Assembly: GCA_963711835.1 (NCBI GenBank)
Contig: CAVQFQ010000017.1
Location: 448,001 to 512,000, forward strand
Length of the DNA stretch: 64,000 bases
Origin: an uncultured delta proteobacterium
Lineage (GTDB): Bacteria > Desulfobacterota > RBG-13-43-22
Reading direction: 5' to 3'
In this document: positions 32,667 through 42,680 of the stretch, piece after piece
How positions within the stretch are numbered: the stretch's first letter is position 1
Layout of the letters: each line of letters opens with the position of its first letter
Made by a program: the position numbers and the translations under genes
The notes under the pieces: generated by a model
What the model saw: only the letters and a program-made list of their open reading frames with translations
What the model was told of the DNA's origin: nothing
The model's database searches: none

Positions 32667-33676
32667 CGGGATTTCCTGCCTTGGCGCCGAATCTTTTCCA
32701 CGATTCCCCAAATGCCTCTCGGTTCAAAGGCCGCCACCACCATAATGATGGCGCTGTACAGGATGAGGTCGATTCCGACCAGGCCGGCATGGGCCCCCAG
32801 CCATTCTTTGAGATAGCTTTTCAGCGGAATCAGGATGGCGGCTCCGATGATCGGCCCCCATAAGGAACCCGCCCCGCCCAACATGGCCATCAGGGCGATC
32901 AGGACCGAGATGTCCAGACTCATGGTATCTTCGGGTTCGATATTTTTGATATAGCAGGCATGGAAGGATCCCACGACGCTGACAAAGGCCGTAGCCACGG
33001 CATAGGTTTTGATCTTGGCCCAGTGGACATCAATGCCCAGGGATCGGGCGATATCCTCGTTATCCTTGATCGAGCGCAATTGAAAACCCAGACGCGACTT
33101 GCGGAACCAGTTCATGTAAAAGAAGGCGATAAAAAAGATCCCCAGGATGATGAAGTAATAATAGATATCCTCTTTAAAAATCAGCCGCCAGAAATCCGGG
33201 GGCTGGTATTTTATAGGGGAAATTTCCAGGCCCCGGGAGGCACCCACGAAATTCCAGATCTCAAAAATATCCTTCAGCACCAGGGAAGTGGCAATGGTGG
33301 CGATGGCAAAGTAATGGCCTTTGAGCCGGAATAAAGGATAGCCGATGATAAACGACCAGCCTACGGCGAAGCCCAGCCCGATCGGCATGGAGAACCAAAA
33401 GGGGATATCGTAGCGGATCAACATGACGGCCGTGGTATAAGCCCCGATACCGACATACTGGGCCTTGCCCAGGTCAACCTGGCCGCCGTAGCCGCCGATG
33501 GTATTCCAACCCATGCCGTAGACACTGAACATCAGGAATTGAATCATGGTGGCCATGGCAAAGGAGGAATGGGGGAAGATCGGGAACAGGATGAGAAAGA
33601 GGCCCACCAGAGCGGCCAGGAGGCGGTCCAGGCGGGGGAAATCGGAAAAATCCAGGGCGTTTCTTATTGCTTCCAT
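32663..33676 (-). CDS. Branched-chain amino acid ABC permease (LivM-like)
   Basis: GGYGGQVDLG, LKGHYFAIAT, GGAGSLWGP. Confidence 0.92.
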   Translation of the reverse strand: MEAIRNALDFSDFPRLDRLLAALVGLFLILFPIFPHSSFAMATMIQFLMFSVYGMGWNTIGGYGGQVDLGKAQYVGIGAYTTAVMLIRYDIPFWFSMPIGLGFAVGWSFIIGYPLFRLKGHYFAIATIATSLVLKDIFEIWNFVGASRGLEISPIKYQPPDFWRLIFKEDIYYYFIILGIFFIAFFYMNWFRKSRLGFQLRSIKDNEDIARSLGIDVHWAKIKTYAVATAFVSVVGSFHACYIKNIEPEDTMSLDISVLIALMAMLGGAGSLWGPIIGAAILIPLKSYLKEWLGAHAGLVGIDLILYSAIIMVVAAFEPRGIWGIVEKIRRQGRKSR

Positions 33677-34578
33677 CCGAAGAGACCCCGGGGCCGAAAA
33701 ACCATGATCAGAAAATAGGCCAGGTAAACCAGCGTGTATTTGAGCGAGGTCATGGGGACCTTTTCCATCCAGGTCAGATGGAAGGTGTAGGTGAAAAAAT
33801 CCCAGATCCCCGGCACTTCGGTGATAAGCCCGACGACCAGACCGGCCATGAAGGCCCCGGGCACGCTGCCGAAACCGCCTAAGGCCACAATGGTAAAGGC
33901 GATCATGGTAAAGAGCAGGCCCACGAAGGGGTTGACGGACCAGAAATTGACCAGCAGGGCCCCGGCCAGGGTAGCGGTGGCCCCGCCCAGACCCCAGGCC
34001 AGGGCGTTCATCCTTTCGGTCTTGATCCCCATGAAGCGGGCCCCTTCGGCGTTCAGGGCGGTGGCGGTCAGGGCCTTGCCGATCTTGGTCCGGTTCATCA
34101 ACAGCCAGATCGAACCAAAGGCCAGCACGGACAGGGCCGCGGCCGCCAGCTTAGTCACCGGCAGGACCACTCCCATTCCGGCTTCCAGGCTTTTCCCGAC
34201 CAGGATCCCCTGGTGGATGCCCCGGTCCTCCGAACCCATAAACAATAAGGCCAGATTGCGTAAAAAAAGCATCAGGCCGAAGGTCCCTAAGAGCTGGGCC
34301 AGCATGGGGCCGCGCAGCAGGAACTTGGCCAGCCCGTAATAGCACAAGAGTCCCAAAGCAAATCCCACCACGGCCGCCACCGGCAATCCCCAGAGCGGAT
34401 CCATTCCGGTGGCCTGGGCGGTCAGCAGGCCGGCATACATGCCGATCATCAAATATTCGCCATGGGCGAAGTTGACCATATCCATCACCCCGAAGATGAT
34501 GGTCAAGCCCAGGGCCACAATGGCCAGGACCATCCCCAGCAGGAGACCGGAAACAAGGGCGCTGAGAAGAATTTCCAT
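33664..34578 (-). CDS. Branched-chain amino acid ABC permease (LivH-like)
   Basis: GLTIIFGVMDMVNFAHGE, LGGFGSVPGA, RPRGLFG. Confidence 0.92.
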   Translation of the reverse strand: MEILLSALVSGLLLGMVLAIVALGLTIIFGVMDMVNFAHGEYLMIGMYAGLLTAQATGMDPLWGLPVAAVVGFALGLLCYYGLAKFLLRGPMLAQLLGTFGLMLFLRNLALLFMGSEDRGIHQGILVGKSLEAGMGVVLPVTKLAAAALSVLAFGSIWLLMNRTKIGKALTATALNAEGARFMGIKTERMNALAWGLGGATATLAGALLVNFWSVNPFVGLLFTMIAFTIVALGGFGSVPGAFMAGLVVGLITEVPGIWDFFTYTFHLTWMEKVPMTSLKYTLVYLAYFLIMVFRPRGLFGWKQ

Positions 34579-34715
34579 AGGGCGGGCCCCTAAACCGAAG
34601 ACGTTTTGGAAACGATAATAAATCGGGTGAGCACGTTTTCCTCGGCTGTCGCCTGAGCCGGGAGGAAACGACCGGGACAGCCTCAGGCCGGTCAGGCGGC
34701 CGAAGGCCAAACCGC

Positions 34716-34760
34716 CCGATCCGAGTTCGTCCGGCCTAGGGCTGGACGAACTCGGATCGG
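34716..34760. other. Perfect 17-bp stem-loop between the binding-protein and permease genes
   Basis: CCGATCCGAGTTCGTCC / GGACGAACTCGGATCGG; probably stabilises or attenuates the mRNA. Confidence 0.65.
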
Positions 34761-34804
34761 CTTTCGGCTAGGGGTGTCTCCGGGCCGGCGGCAAAAAAGA
34801 AAAC

Positions 34805-36109
34805 TTAAAAACCCTTAAAAGGGAAAATCATATTGGCGGAAGCCACATCAAAGGGATAAACGATTTCCAGGGTAATGGCACCGTCTTTCCCTTTTTGATA
34901 CTGGCCGATCATCCCCGAACCTAAGATGTTTTGACCCAGATCGTCGCCGCTGGTGGCGAATTTGATGCCGGCCCAGGGAACGATCAGTTGATCACCGGGG
35001 ATAGTAATGGCGTTGGCCGCCTTCTGAATATCGGCCGGTTTGGTGGATCCGGCTTTTTCCAGGACTTCCACCCAGGCCTGGAGGCCGGTAAAGGACCGGG
35101 CCGAAGCGCCGCTCAGGTCGTGGCCGGTTTTATTCTTGTAGAATTCATTAATCTGCCCGGCTACCTTTTTGACCGTGGCCACTTTGGGCAGGAAAACGGT
35201 CCGGGTTAAGACCCCGATAATATCATCGCCCAGGGTGGTCCTGAATTCCGGGGCTTCAAAGCCGGCATTCTGGCCCCAGACGAGCTTGGGCTGGGCCTTC
35301 TGAGCCTTCAGGGTTTTCAGCATCAGGATGGCGTCGGAGGCGTAGGAGGCGAAGAGCATGGCATCGGGTTTAACGGCCTTCAGAGATCCTACTTCACTGG
35401 AAAGATCGGTCGATTTGGAGGCATAGAGGATGGACTTTCGGACATTAAATCCATACTCCTTGGCGAAGGTTTCAATTAATTGCGATACGTGGGAGCCCCA
35501 TTCCGTCTTTTCACAGGCCGAAGCCAGGTCGGCAATCTGGTCTTTGGCTACGGCCTTGACGCCCTTGGCCTTCCCCTCGGTCAACCCTTTCATGAATTCG
35601 AAAAGGTCCCGGGTAAAGGTCACATCATGAGGCGTGGTGCGCCAGAACCATTTGAAGCCCCGCTTGGTCAGATCCGGCGAAGTGGAGGAATCATTGATCA
35701 TCGGTATTCCGTACTGTTCGCAGACCGCACTGACCGTCTTGGTCACGGCGCTGTGATAGCAGCCTAAGATGCCGACCACCTTGTCGTCCAGAATCAGTTT
35801 CTTGGCCAGGTCGGCCCCCTGGGTGGGGTTTCCTTCATGGTCCTTAAAGATCAATTCGATTTTGGCCCCGCCCAGGCTTTTGATGCCGGCGTTTTTGGCC
35901 ATGTTCATGGCGATAGCGGGATAGGCATTATTGACGATCTCCAGAGCCAGTTCGGCCCCGGCCCGAAGTTCCCGCCCTTCCGCGGCGGCTCCGCCGGTCA
36001 AGGGGTAGATGACCCCGATCTTGATCACATCGGCGGCCTGGACCTGTCCCATATTCAGGGACACGAGCGCGGTTAGGGCCAGCACCAAAAAAAACAGGTT
36101 GCGTTTCAT
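34805..36109 (-). CDS. ABC substrate-binding protein (LivK/Leu-Ile-Val family)
   Basis: Signal peptide, IKIGVIYPLTG, GCYHSAVT, WFWRTTPHD. Confidence 0.92.
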   Translation of the reverse strand: MKRNLFFLVLALTALVSLNMGQVQAADVIKIGVIYPLTGGAAAEGRELRAGAELALEIVNNAYPAIAMNMAKNAGIKSLGGAKIELIFKDHEGNPTQGADLAKKLILDDKVVGILGCYHSAVTKTVSAVCEQYGIPMINDSSTSPDLTKRGFKWFWRTTPHDVTFTRDLFEFMKGLTEGKAKGVKAVAKDQIADLASACEKTEWGSHVSQLIETFAKEYGFNVRKSILYASKSTDLSSEVGSLKAVKPDAMLFASYASDAILMLKTLKAQKAQPKLVWGQNAGFEAPEFRTTLGDDIIGVLTRTVFLPKVATVKKVAGQINEFYKNKTGHDLSGASARSFTGLQAWVEVLEKAGSTKPADIQKAANAITIPGDQLIVPWAGIKFATSGDDLGQNILGSGMIGQYQKGKDGAITLEIVYPFDVASANMIFPFKGF

Positions 36110-36249
36110 ACTCTCCTCCTTGGGCTAAAGGGTTTAAAAACACAGGACGGTTCACCGGGTAAACCGTGGGCTACTATAAAAGAAACCCGGGGCTCCTGTC
36201 AAGAGCCTGGACGGGAGCCCGGGTGATCAGGTCTTGAGGGGGTAAAAAA

Positions 36250-37491
36250 TTAATCCTGGCAAAACAAATGGGCAAAAACCAGGGCATCCTTGATCAGGGA
36301 AGAAAGCGGACAGGATTCATTCGGTTGGTGGGCGGTTTCCGAGGAGGTCATCCAGACCGCGGCGGGAAGACCCTCTTTCCGGAAGAAGGCGGCCACAGTG
36401 GCCCCGCCGATGCCCTGGGGACGGGCTTCTCGGCCATAAACAGCCTTGATCGCCTGTTGCAGGGCCAGGACCACCGGGGCCTTATCCGGGGTCGGAGGAG
36501 GGGCCTGGACGGCGTTTATGACTTCCAGGCCTATATGCAGTCCGGTGTCGGTGGCCACCTCTTTGGCGATGCTTTTTATTTTTTTTACCACGTCGGTTAA
36601 GGGATAGGCCGGCAGGATACGGCAATCCAGAAAAAAAATGTCCTGCCCGGGTATGGTGTTGACATTGGGCACATTGGCCTCTTTTTGAGTCGGCTCAAAG
36701 GTGCTTCGGGGGAGATCAAAACGGGGATCTTCCTTATCGAATTGTTCAGGAAGTCTTTCCAAGGCGTTGATCAAGCGCGCGGTTCCCCGCAAGGTATTCA
36801 GTCCCAGGTCCGGCCGACTGGCATGGCATTGCCTGCCGGTCAGGGTGAATTTTAACCACAACAGGCTTTTCTCAGCCACCTCGATCAGGGTGCCTTCCCG
36901 ATTTCCGGCATCCGGAACAACAATTAAATCCTCCGGTCGGAAGAGAGAACGTTTCTTTTTTAAAACATATTCCAAACCCTTTTGACTCCCGGTCTCTTCA
37001 TCGGAAACGAAAATAAGACCAATGGAGGAAGCCGGCTGGATTTTTTCCTTCTGGAGGGCCTTGACGGCGAAGTAGGAGGATACGATGCCGTGCTGGTTGT
37101 CTTCCACGCCCCGTCCGAAAAGGGTCCGCCCTTTTACCTTCAACTGAAAGGGATCGCTCCGCCATAATTTCCGGTCGCCCGGGGGGACGATATCCATATG
37201 GCTCAAGATCCAGACCCTTCTCGAACGGCTCTTCCCCTCAAAAATGGAGAGAAGGTTGGGCCGGCCTTTTGAGGGGACCCGGGCATCCGGGCAGGTCACC
37301 TTAAGGGATCGCCCGGGATGTAAGGCTTTTAATTTATTTTCCAGGTAGCGGGCCTTGGCCTCCTCTCCCTGCCCGCCATTTTGCGGTCCCAAGGCCGGGA
37401 TGGCCGTCAACTCCCGTTGCATGGCCACCATCTCCTTCTGGTAAAGGGTAATCCTTTTTTTTAGGCCTTGCCAAAGACTTCCCGGAATCAT
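36250..37491 (-). CDS. M20 family metallohydrolase (ArgE/DapE-like)
   Basis: SHMDIVPPG, GRGVEDN, SDEETGS, HASRP, AHQPNE. Confidence 0.9.
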   Translation of the reverse strand: MIPGSLWQGLKKRITLYQKEMVAMQRELTAIPALGPQNGGQGEEAKARYLENKLKALHPGRSLKVTCPDARVPSKGRPNLLSIFEGKSRSRRVWILSHMDIVPPGDRKLWRSDPFQLKVKGRTLFGRGVEDNQHGIVSSYFAVKALQKEKIQPASSIGLIFVSDEETGSQKGLEYVLKKKRSLFRPEDLIVVPDAGNREGTLIEVAEKSLLWLKFTLTGRQCHASRPDLGLNTLRGTARLINALERLPEQFDKEDPRFDLPRSTFEPTQKEANVPNVNTIPGQDIFFLDCRILPAYPLTDVVKKIKSIAKEVATDTGLHIGLEVINAVQAPPPTPDKAPVVLALQQAIKAVYGREARPQGIGGATVAAFFRKEGLPAAVWMTSSETAHQPNESCPLSSLIKDALVFAHLFCQD

Positions 37492-38843
37492 TGGATTTTT
37501 CGGAAGGAGGTGACCTTCTGATAGTCTTCCAGTTGAGCGGTTAAAAAATGGACCTGCCGGGAGAGTTCCGGATTTTTTTTCAGGCCCTTCTCCACGGCAT
37601 TAACAGCGTAGATTACGGAGGTGCTGTCCCGGTTGAAGGCCTGGCCTATGTTTTCCAAAGTCTGATTGGTAAATTTTTTGCTGAGGTAGATGGAAAGGTT
37701 CCGGGGATTCAAATGGATCTTTTTCCTGGATTTGGAAATCATTTCCTCGGCTGAAACCCGGAAATATTTCCCCACCAGGTCCTTGATGGCCTTAATCGAC
37801 AGTTCCTGACGTTCCTGGATCTGTTCCCGGACGACCATTTCCGCCAGCGAAAGATCCGGGGCCTGATTGAGTAAGGTGGATTGGGCCGACATCCTGATCA
37901 AACAACTCTCCAACTGCCGGACATCCCGGAAGGGTTGGCTGGCTAAATAGGCCTTGACTTCGGGGTGGAGTCCAATGCCCAAGAGGGTTGTTTTCTTCTC
38001 CACAATCCCTAATCGGGTTTCAAAATCAGGCGGTTCAATGGCGCTTAATAAAGCGGAACTAAATCGTGATTTTAACTTATTGCCCAGGTGGGGAATATCT
38101 TTGGGAGGCAGCGAACTGGTGAAGATGACCTTTTTATTATAATTAAAAAGGGCGTCCAGGGTATAGCCCAATTCGGTCTGAGTGGTTTCTTTCCCGCTTA
38201 AAAAATTAACCTCCTCCAATAACAAAAAGTCGCAGTTCTTTCGATATTTATCCTTAAAGGATTCCATCTTACTGGTTTTTAAGGAAGCGATCATCTCGTT
38301 GGTAAAATCTTCGACTGAAAGATAGAGGACCTTGGCTGCGGGTTTGTGTTTTATGAGGTAATTCCCGACCGCCTGGGAGAGATGGGTCTTGCCTAAGCCG
38401 CTATGGGAAAAAAGAAACAGGGCATTATTATGCATATTCTTGTCTGAAGCCAGGGCTAATGAGGCTTGAAAAGCGAAATTATTCGTGGGGCCGGTTACAA
38501 ACTGATCGAAGGTAAAACTTCCGTTCAGTCGCAGGCATCCCGGCCGGGCAAAGCCCGGAATGAAGAATTGCTCCGGCTTGGAAGAAGGAGGTAAAGCCGT
38601 CTGAGGGGGGGAGACCTGGAAGCCGATCCTGGGAGGAATGGAAGTCATTTCGTTGGCCACAGCCCGGATGGCCGTAACATATCTTTCTTTGACCCAATTC
38701 AGGAAAAATTGGCTGGGGCAGCTTAACAGGATTTCTTCTTCGCCGGCACGAACGACCTCCAGGGGTTCGATCCACATCCGATAGGCCTTTTCGGGGATCT
38801 CGACCTGGAGCCGTTTCTTAATGCCTTGCCAGAATGATTCCAT
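37488..38843 (-). CDS. dnaA: DnaA family replication initiator (divergent, probable paralog)
   Basis: All four domains: MWIEPL, FTFDQFVTGPTNNFA, GLGKTHL, LKSRF, VRQLES, domain IV IGQAFNRDSTSVIYA. Confidence 0.85.
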   Translation of the reverse strand: MESFWQGIKKRLQVEIPEKAYRMWIEPLEVVRAGEEEILLSCPSQFFLNWVKERYVTAIRAVANEMTSIPPRIGFQVSPPQTALPPSSKPEQFFIPGFARPGCLRLNGSFTFDQFVTGPTNNFAFQASLALASDKNMHNNALFLFSHSGLGKTHLSQAVGNYLIKHKPAAKVLYLSVEDFTNEMIASLKTSKMESFKDKYRKNCDFLLLEEVNFLSGKETTQTELGYTLDALFNYNKKVIFTSSLPPKDIPHLGNKLKSRFSSALLSAIEPPDFETRLGIVEKKTTLLGIGLHPEVKAYLASQPFRDVRQLESCLIRMSAQSTLLNQAPDLSLAEMVVREQIQERQELSIKAIKDLVGKYFRVSAEEMISKSRKKIHLNPRNLSIYLSKKFTNQTLENIGQAFNRDSTSVIYAVNAVEKGLKKNPELSRQVHFLTAQLEDYQKVTSFRKIQ

Positions 38844-39625
38844 AAAAAAGAAGTCCCTTACCGAACCTTCGGTCTGCTTCAACATGAATGAGGGTGAATG
38901 ATATCTTAAAAAAGCATCCCACAGCCGACCCCGGGAATGAGGGTCCCTGTGAAGAGGGAAAAGGATCAATTATAAAGAAAGGATCGTTTAGGTTGATTTC
39001 GTTGAAATGAATTGAGTGGAGTTTTATCCGAACTAAAACCTCCTGTCAAACGGAATAAAGCCAATTTTATAGTTAGCTCCTTCCCTGAAGGGCCGGGCGC
39101 CGGAAGGGCCGTGACTTCTGTCTGCCGGATCATCTCCTCCGGCTAAGTGACTAATACTCTTTTTTATAATAAGATTCTAAAAATTTTTAACTAATTGTCG
39201 GGGTTAGCCTGATTCCGGCGAAAAGGAGAAGGTTTCCCCTGTTCAGCGATCTTTTGTTTCCTACCCTTTCCTTTTTTTTTTAAAGCCTGCCCTCCTTTCA
39301 GGGTTACAATTACGCCTTCGCGGATGCCTAATCTTTAAAAAGGGGTGATAATCAAAAGGTTGTTACAAGGCCCAGCCCTCTTCCTATCGCCAATAAACGC
39401 TTCAAGGGAGATCCCTTCCAGAAATGGTATCTTATCAACAGGATATTCCCCTAAAAATTTTTTCACTTTCCCAATTTTTTTTGTTCTTGTCAAATTGCCC
39501 TGATCAAGTAAACTCCCGGTAACCGGTTCTTATAGGGAAAAGATGTTTTCGGCTGAAAGCTGTCCGCGATCAGCTTTCAGCCATCAGTGAAAAACCTTAA
39601 CCAAATGGTTTAAGCGGAGAAAAAA

Positions 39626-39985
39626 ATGATCCTGCGCAATCTCAGTCATCCGGAAGTCATAGCCACCCGCTACCGGGCCCATGAAGGGGGCACGGCCCAC
39701 ATGATTCTGGATACCCGGCATCTCCAAACGTTGATGTTCTTGGCCCAGGCTTCCCTGCCCCCTGGAGAGCGGCTCAGCGGCCATAGCGACCCCATGGAAG
39801 AAATATATATCATCCAGACCGGAAAGGGTCGGATGCAGGTGGGCCAAGAAGTGCAGGAGGTGGGGCCCGGCGATGCCATCCCTATCCCGATCGGTCATTA
39901 TCATGAACTGACCAATACCGGTCCGGAACAGCTTACCCTTTTGGTGGTCGCCGGCTTGATTCCCGGCCGGAACCGCCAGCCATGA
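39626..39985 (+). CDS. Cupin domain protein
   Basis: HSDPMEEIYII..G.G...GDAIPIPIGHYHEL. Confidence 0.85.
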   Translation: MILRNLSHPEVIATRYRAHEGGTAHMILDTRHLQTLMFLAQASLPPGERLSGHSDPMEEIYIIQTGKGRMQVGQEVQEVGPGDAIPIPIGHYHELTNTGPEQLTLLVVAGLIPGRNRQP

Positions 39986-40058
39986 TTTCGTCAATTCCCT
40001 AAGGGAGTTGGACCCCATTGCTTATCGATTTCCTGAAACCGGACGGGCCATTTTTTTC

Positions 40059-40114
40059 TTGACAGGGATTTCCTCCTTGTTCTATATAGAAATTATAAAT
40101 TCTCCATAGAGAAT
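40059..40114 (+). promoter_or_regulatory. Promoter and palindromic operator candidates upstream of the IclR gene
   Basis: TTGACA at 40059; palindromes TTCTATATAGAA (40080-40091) and ATTCTC-N4-GAGAAT (40099-40114). Confidence 0.5.
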
Positions 40115-40118
40115 AAGA

Positions 40119-40901
40119 ATGGCCGACCAATCGGAAAAGAAAAAGATCCACTTTAAACGCGTACCGGCCCTGGATAAGGGCTTCCGAATGTTGGAAATCC
40201 TGTCTGAGGCCCAAGCTCCCCTGGGCGTCACCGAACTGGCCGACCGCCTGGGTTTCCACAAGAGCACGGTTTTCAATATCATGTACACCCTGTTGGATCT
40301 GGGTGTTCTGGAAAAAGCTCCGGCGAACAAGGTTCGCCTGGGAATGAAATTTTACACCTTGAGCCGGCCTTCGGCCGCCGGCGCTTTCATGATCTCGAAG
40401 ATAAGGCCCTTTCTGGAGGAGATCAATCGAAAAACGAAGTTCTCCGTATTCCTGGGAGTACGGTCCGCCCTCAAGGCGGTCATCCTGGATAAGGTGGATT
40501 CCAGCCAGGAGATCCGGGTATCTTCCTCCCGGGGCATGAAGATCCCCCTGATCGCCGGATCTCACGGGAAAGCCCTTTTGTCCCTGCTCCCGGAAAGCCA
40601 ACTCGATGAAATCCTGGTGGAGAGGAACCTAAAGAAATTTACGGCCCACACCTGCACCAACCCCCAGTCCTTTAAACACCTCGTGCGAAAAACGGCCAGG
40701 GATCGATTTGCCCTGGATAACGAAGAATACCTGGAAGGCATACGCTCTATGGCGATTCCCCTCAATTTGGGTCGCCCCGAAGTCCAGACCGCTATCTGGT
40801 TGGTCGGTCTGAAAAACCAGATCGCTGACGAAATGATCCCTAATTTTAGGGACCTTTTGAAAAAAATAGGCCTGCAAATCGAAACCCTCTTCTCAGCGTA
40901 G
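40119..40901 (+). CDS. IclR family regulator
   Basis: VPALDKG...LGVTELADRLGFHKSTV HTH; GKALL; DNEEYLEGIRSMAIP. Confidence 0.93.
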   Translation: MADQSEKKKIHFKRVPALDKGFRMLEILSEAQAPLGVTELADRLGFHKSTVFNIMYTLLDLGVLEKAPANKVRLGMKFYTLSRPSAAGAFMISKIRPFLEEINRKTKFSVFLGVRSALKAVILDKVDSSQEIRVSSSRGMKIPLIAGSHGKALLSLLPESQLDEILVERNLKKFTAHTCTNPQSFKHLVRKTARDRFALDNEEYLEGIRSMAIPLNLGRPEVQTAIWLVGLKNQIADEMIPNFRDLLKKIGLQIETLFSA

Positions 40902-40943
40902 GGCGATGTTTTTCGAAGCAGGCAACAGGAGGTTCCTCTCGAG

Positions 40944-42275
40944 ATGACGGAAAAAGGCAGGCACTACTGGAATCCCTGGCTGGAGACTCTGGATCCGGAA
41001 GGGTTGAGGTCCATTGAGCTGATGAATCTCGGCAAGCTGATTCGCTATGCCAAGGATCATTCCCCTTTTTATCGGGAGAGGTATAAAGACATTTTTCCCG
41101 AGGATATCAAAACTCTTGAGATCGCCAGGCGACTCCCCTTCATCGACAAAGAGGATCTCCGGAAAGCCCAGGAGGGCAAGGAACCGTTTCCTTACGGAGA
41201 AATGGTAGGGGTGGACCTTAAAGAGGTTGCTGATTTTCACCAAACCTCGGGGACCACTGGAAGACCGGTCTATGTCCCTGAATCCTACGAAAGCTGGCAA
41301 TGGCGGGTGGAAGTCTGGTGCCATATCCTCTGGATGGCCGGTTTCCGGGAGACCGACCGTGTCTTTATCCCTTTTGGGTACAACGTCTATGTGGCCTTTT
41401 GGGAAGGCCATTACGCCGCCGAAAAACTCGGCTGCGAAGTGGTCCCCGGCGGCGCCCTGGATACCCTGGGCCGGATCAACAAGATGATTGAAGTGAGGGC
41501 CACCGCCCTGATGAACACGCCCACCTATGGATTGCATCTGGCTGAGGAGGCGTTGAAAAAAGGGATCGATCCCAGGACCATCGGCATTAGAAGAATGCTG
41601 TGCGCCGGAGAGCCCTTGCCCCAGGCCACCCGATTAAGGTTGGAACAGGTCTGGGGGGCCGAAGTGTATGACCATATCGGAGGGACTGAGCCCTGTGCCT
41701 GGGCGGCCATGTGCAGCCGGAGAAAGGGCCTTCACCTGATGGAACCTTTCTTTTTCCTGGAAATCCTGGACCTGGAAACCTTGACCCGGGAGGTAGACCC
41801 CGGGGAACTGGGAGTGGCGGTGGTCACCCCCTTGGGGAGGCGTTCTTTTCCCCTGATCCGCTTTAACACCAAAGACGTGGTCCGGCGGGGGGAGGACGGC
41901 TGCCCCTGCGGGCGGACCTCCAGGATGATCGAAGCCGTGGTCGGACGGACGGACGATTTAAGAAAAATCAGGGGGGTCCTCTTTACTCCGGTTACCGTGG
42001 AAGAGGTCATTCGAAAGGAATTCCCGGAAATCGTTGAATATGAAATCCAGGTGGAGCGCCGGGCACTGATGGACGAAATCGCCCTCAAGGTAGAGTTCCA
42101 GGAAGAAATGTCCTCCGACAATTTTAAGGATTTTTCGCGCCGGATCTCGGAAAGACTGAAAATAAAAACCAACCTGAGATTTCTGACCGTGCTGGTAAGG
42201 CCCGGGGCACTTCCCCGCTACACCTTAAAATCCAAGCGCTTTAAAGACCTGCGGGAGGAAAAGGCCGATGAATAA
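40944..42275 (+). CDS. Phenylacetate-CoA ligase (PaaK/F390) family aryl-CoA ligase
   Basis: TSGTTGRP, AGEP, HIGGTE, PLIRF, CPCGRT, GRTDD. Confidence 0.88.
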   Translation: MTEKGRHYWNPWLETLDPEGLRSIELMNLGKLIRYAKDHSPFYRERYKDIFPEDIKTLEIARRLPFIDKEDLRKAQEGKEPFPYGEMVGVDLKEVADFHQTSGTTGRPVYVPESYESWQWRVEVWCHILWMAGFRETDRVFIPFGYNVYVAFWEGHYAAEKLGCEVVPGGALDTLGRINKMIEVRATALMNTPTYGLHLAEEALKKGIDPRTIGIRRMLCAGEPLPQATRLRLEQVWGAEVYDHIGGTEPCAWAAMCSRRKGLHLMEPFFFLEILDLETLTREVDPGELGVAVVTPLGRRSFPLIRFNTKDVVRRGEDGCPCGRTSRMIEAVVGRTDDLRKIRGVLFTPVTVEEVIRKEFPEIVEYEIQVERRALMDEIALKVEFQEEMSSDNFKDFSRRISERLKIKTNLRFLTVLVRPGALPRYTLKSKRFKDLREEKADE

Positions 42276-42474
42276 GCCGGAGAAAAAATCCTTAGGGGAA
42301 AATCTTGAAGCCATACGGACTATCGTTGACCAGATGGAAAGACTCCTGGGGGATTTGCAGGAACTGGGCCGGGACGCACCGGTCATCGAGAAGAATGCCA
42401 AGGCCATGATGAGTTTCGTTGCTATCCTGCGCTACGGCATATCCGATATTATTACTATTAGAAATTTGGAATAA
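42268..42474 (+). CDS. Small hypothetical protein
   Basis: 68-aa helical ORF overlapping the ligase stop, GGAGG RBS. Confidence 0.6.
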   Translation: MNKPEKKSLGENLEAIRTIVDQMERLLGDLQELGRDAPVIEKNAKAMMSFVAILRYGISDIITIRNLE

Positions 42475-42607
42475 ATCCGAATTTCGAAGCACGAAATCCG
42501 AAACAATCTCAAATTTTCAAAATCTAAATTGTTAAAACAATAACTTCAATTTTTGATATGTGGTCATTCGGATTTGTTTCGAATTTCGAAATTCGGATTT
42601 CGAATTT
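42473..42607. repeat. Palindromic intergenic repeat (TTCGAA/TTCGGA-rich, MITE-like)
   Basis: AAATCCGAATTTCGAAGCACGAAATCCGAAAC...GTTTCGAATTTCGAAATTCGGATTTCGAATTT inverted arms. Confidence 0.7.
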
Positions 42608-42680
42608 AACAACCCCCAATCAATCAATTTCTAGGTTTGGTCATGGTCTCTAAAGACAAACCCTATCAGAGGAGGGAATC

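Noticed and set aside
38844-39625. Possible oriC next to dnaA
   Set aside because: Only one near-consensus DnaA box was seen (TTATCAACA at about 39432); there is no box cluster and no dnaN/gyrB context.
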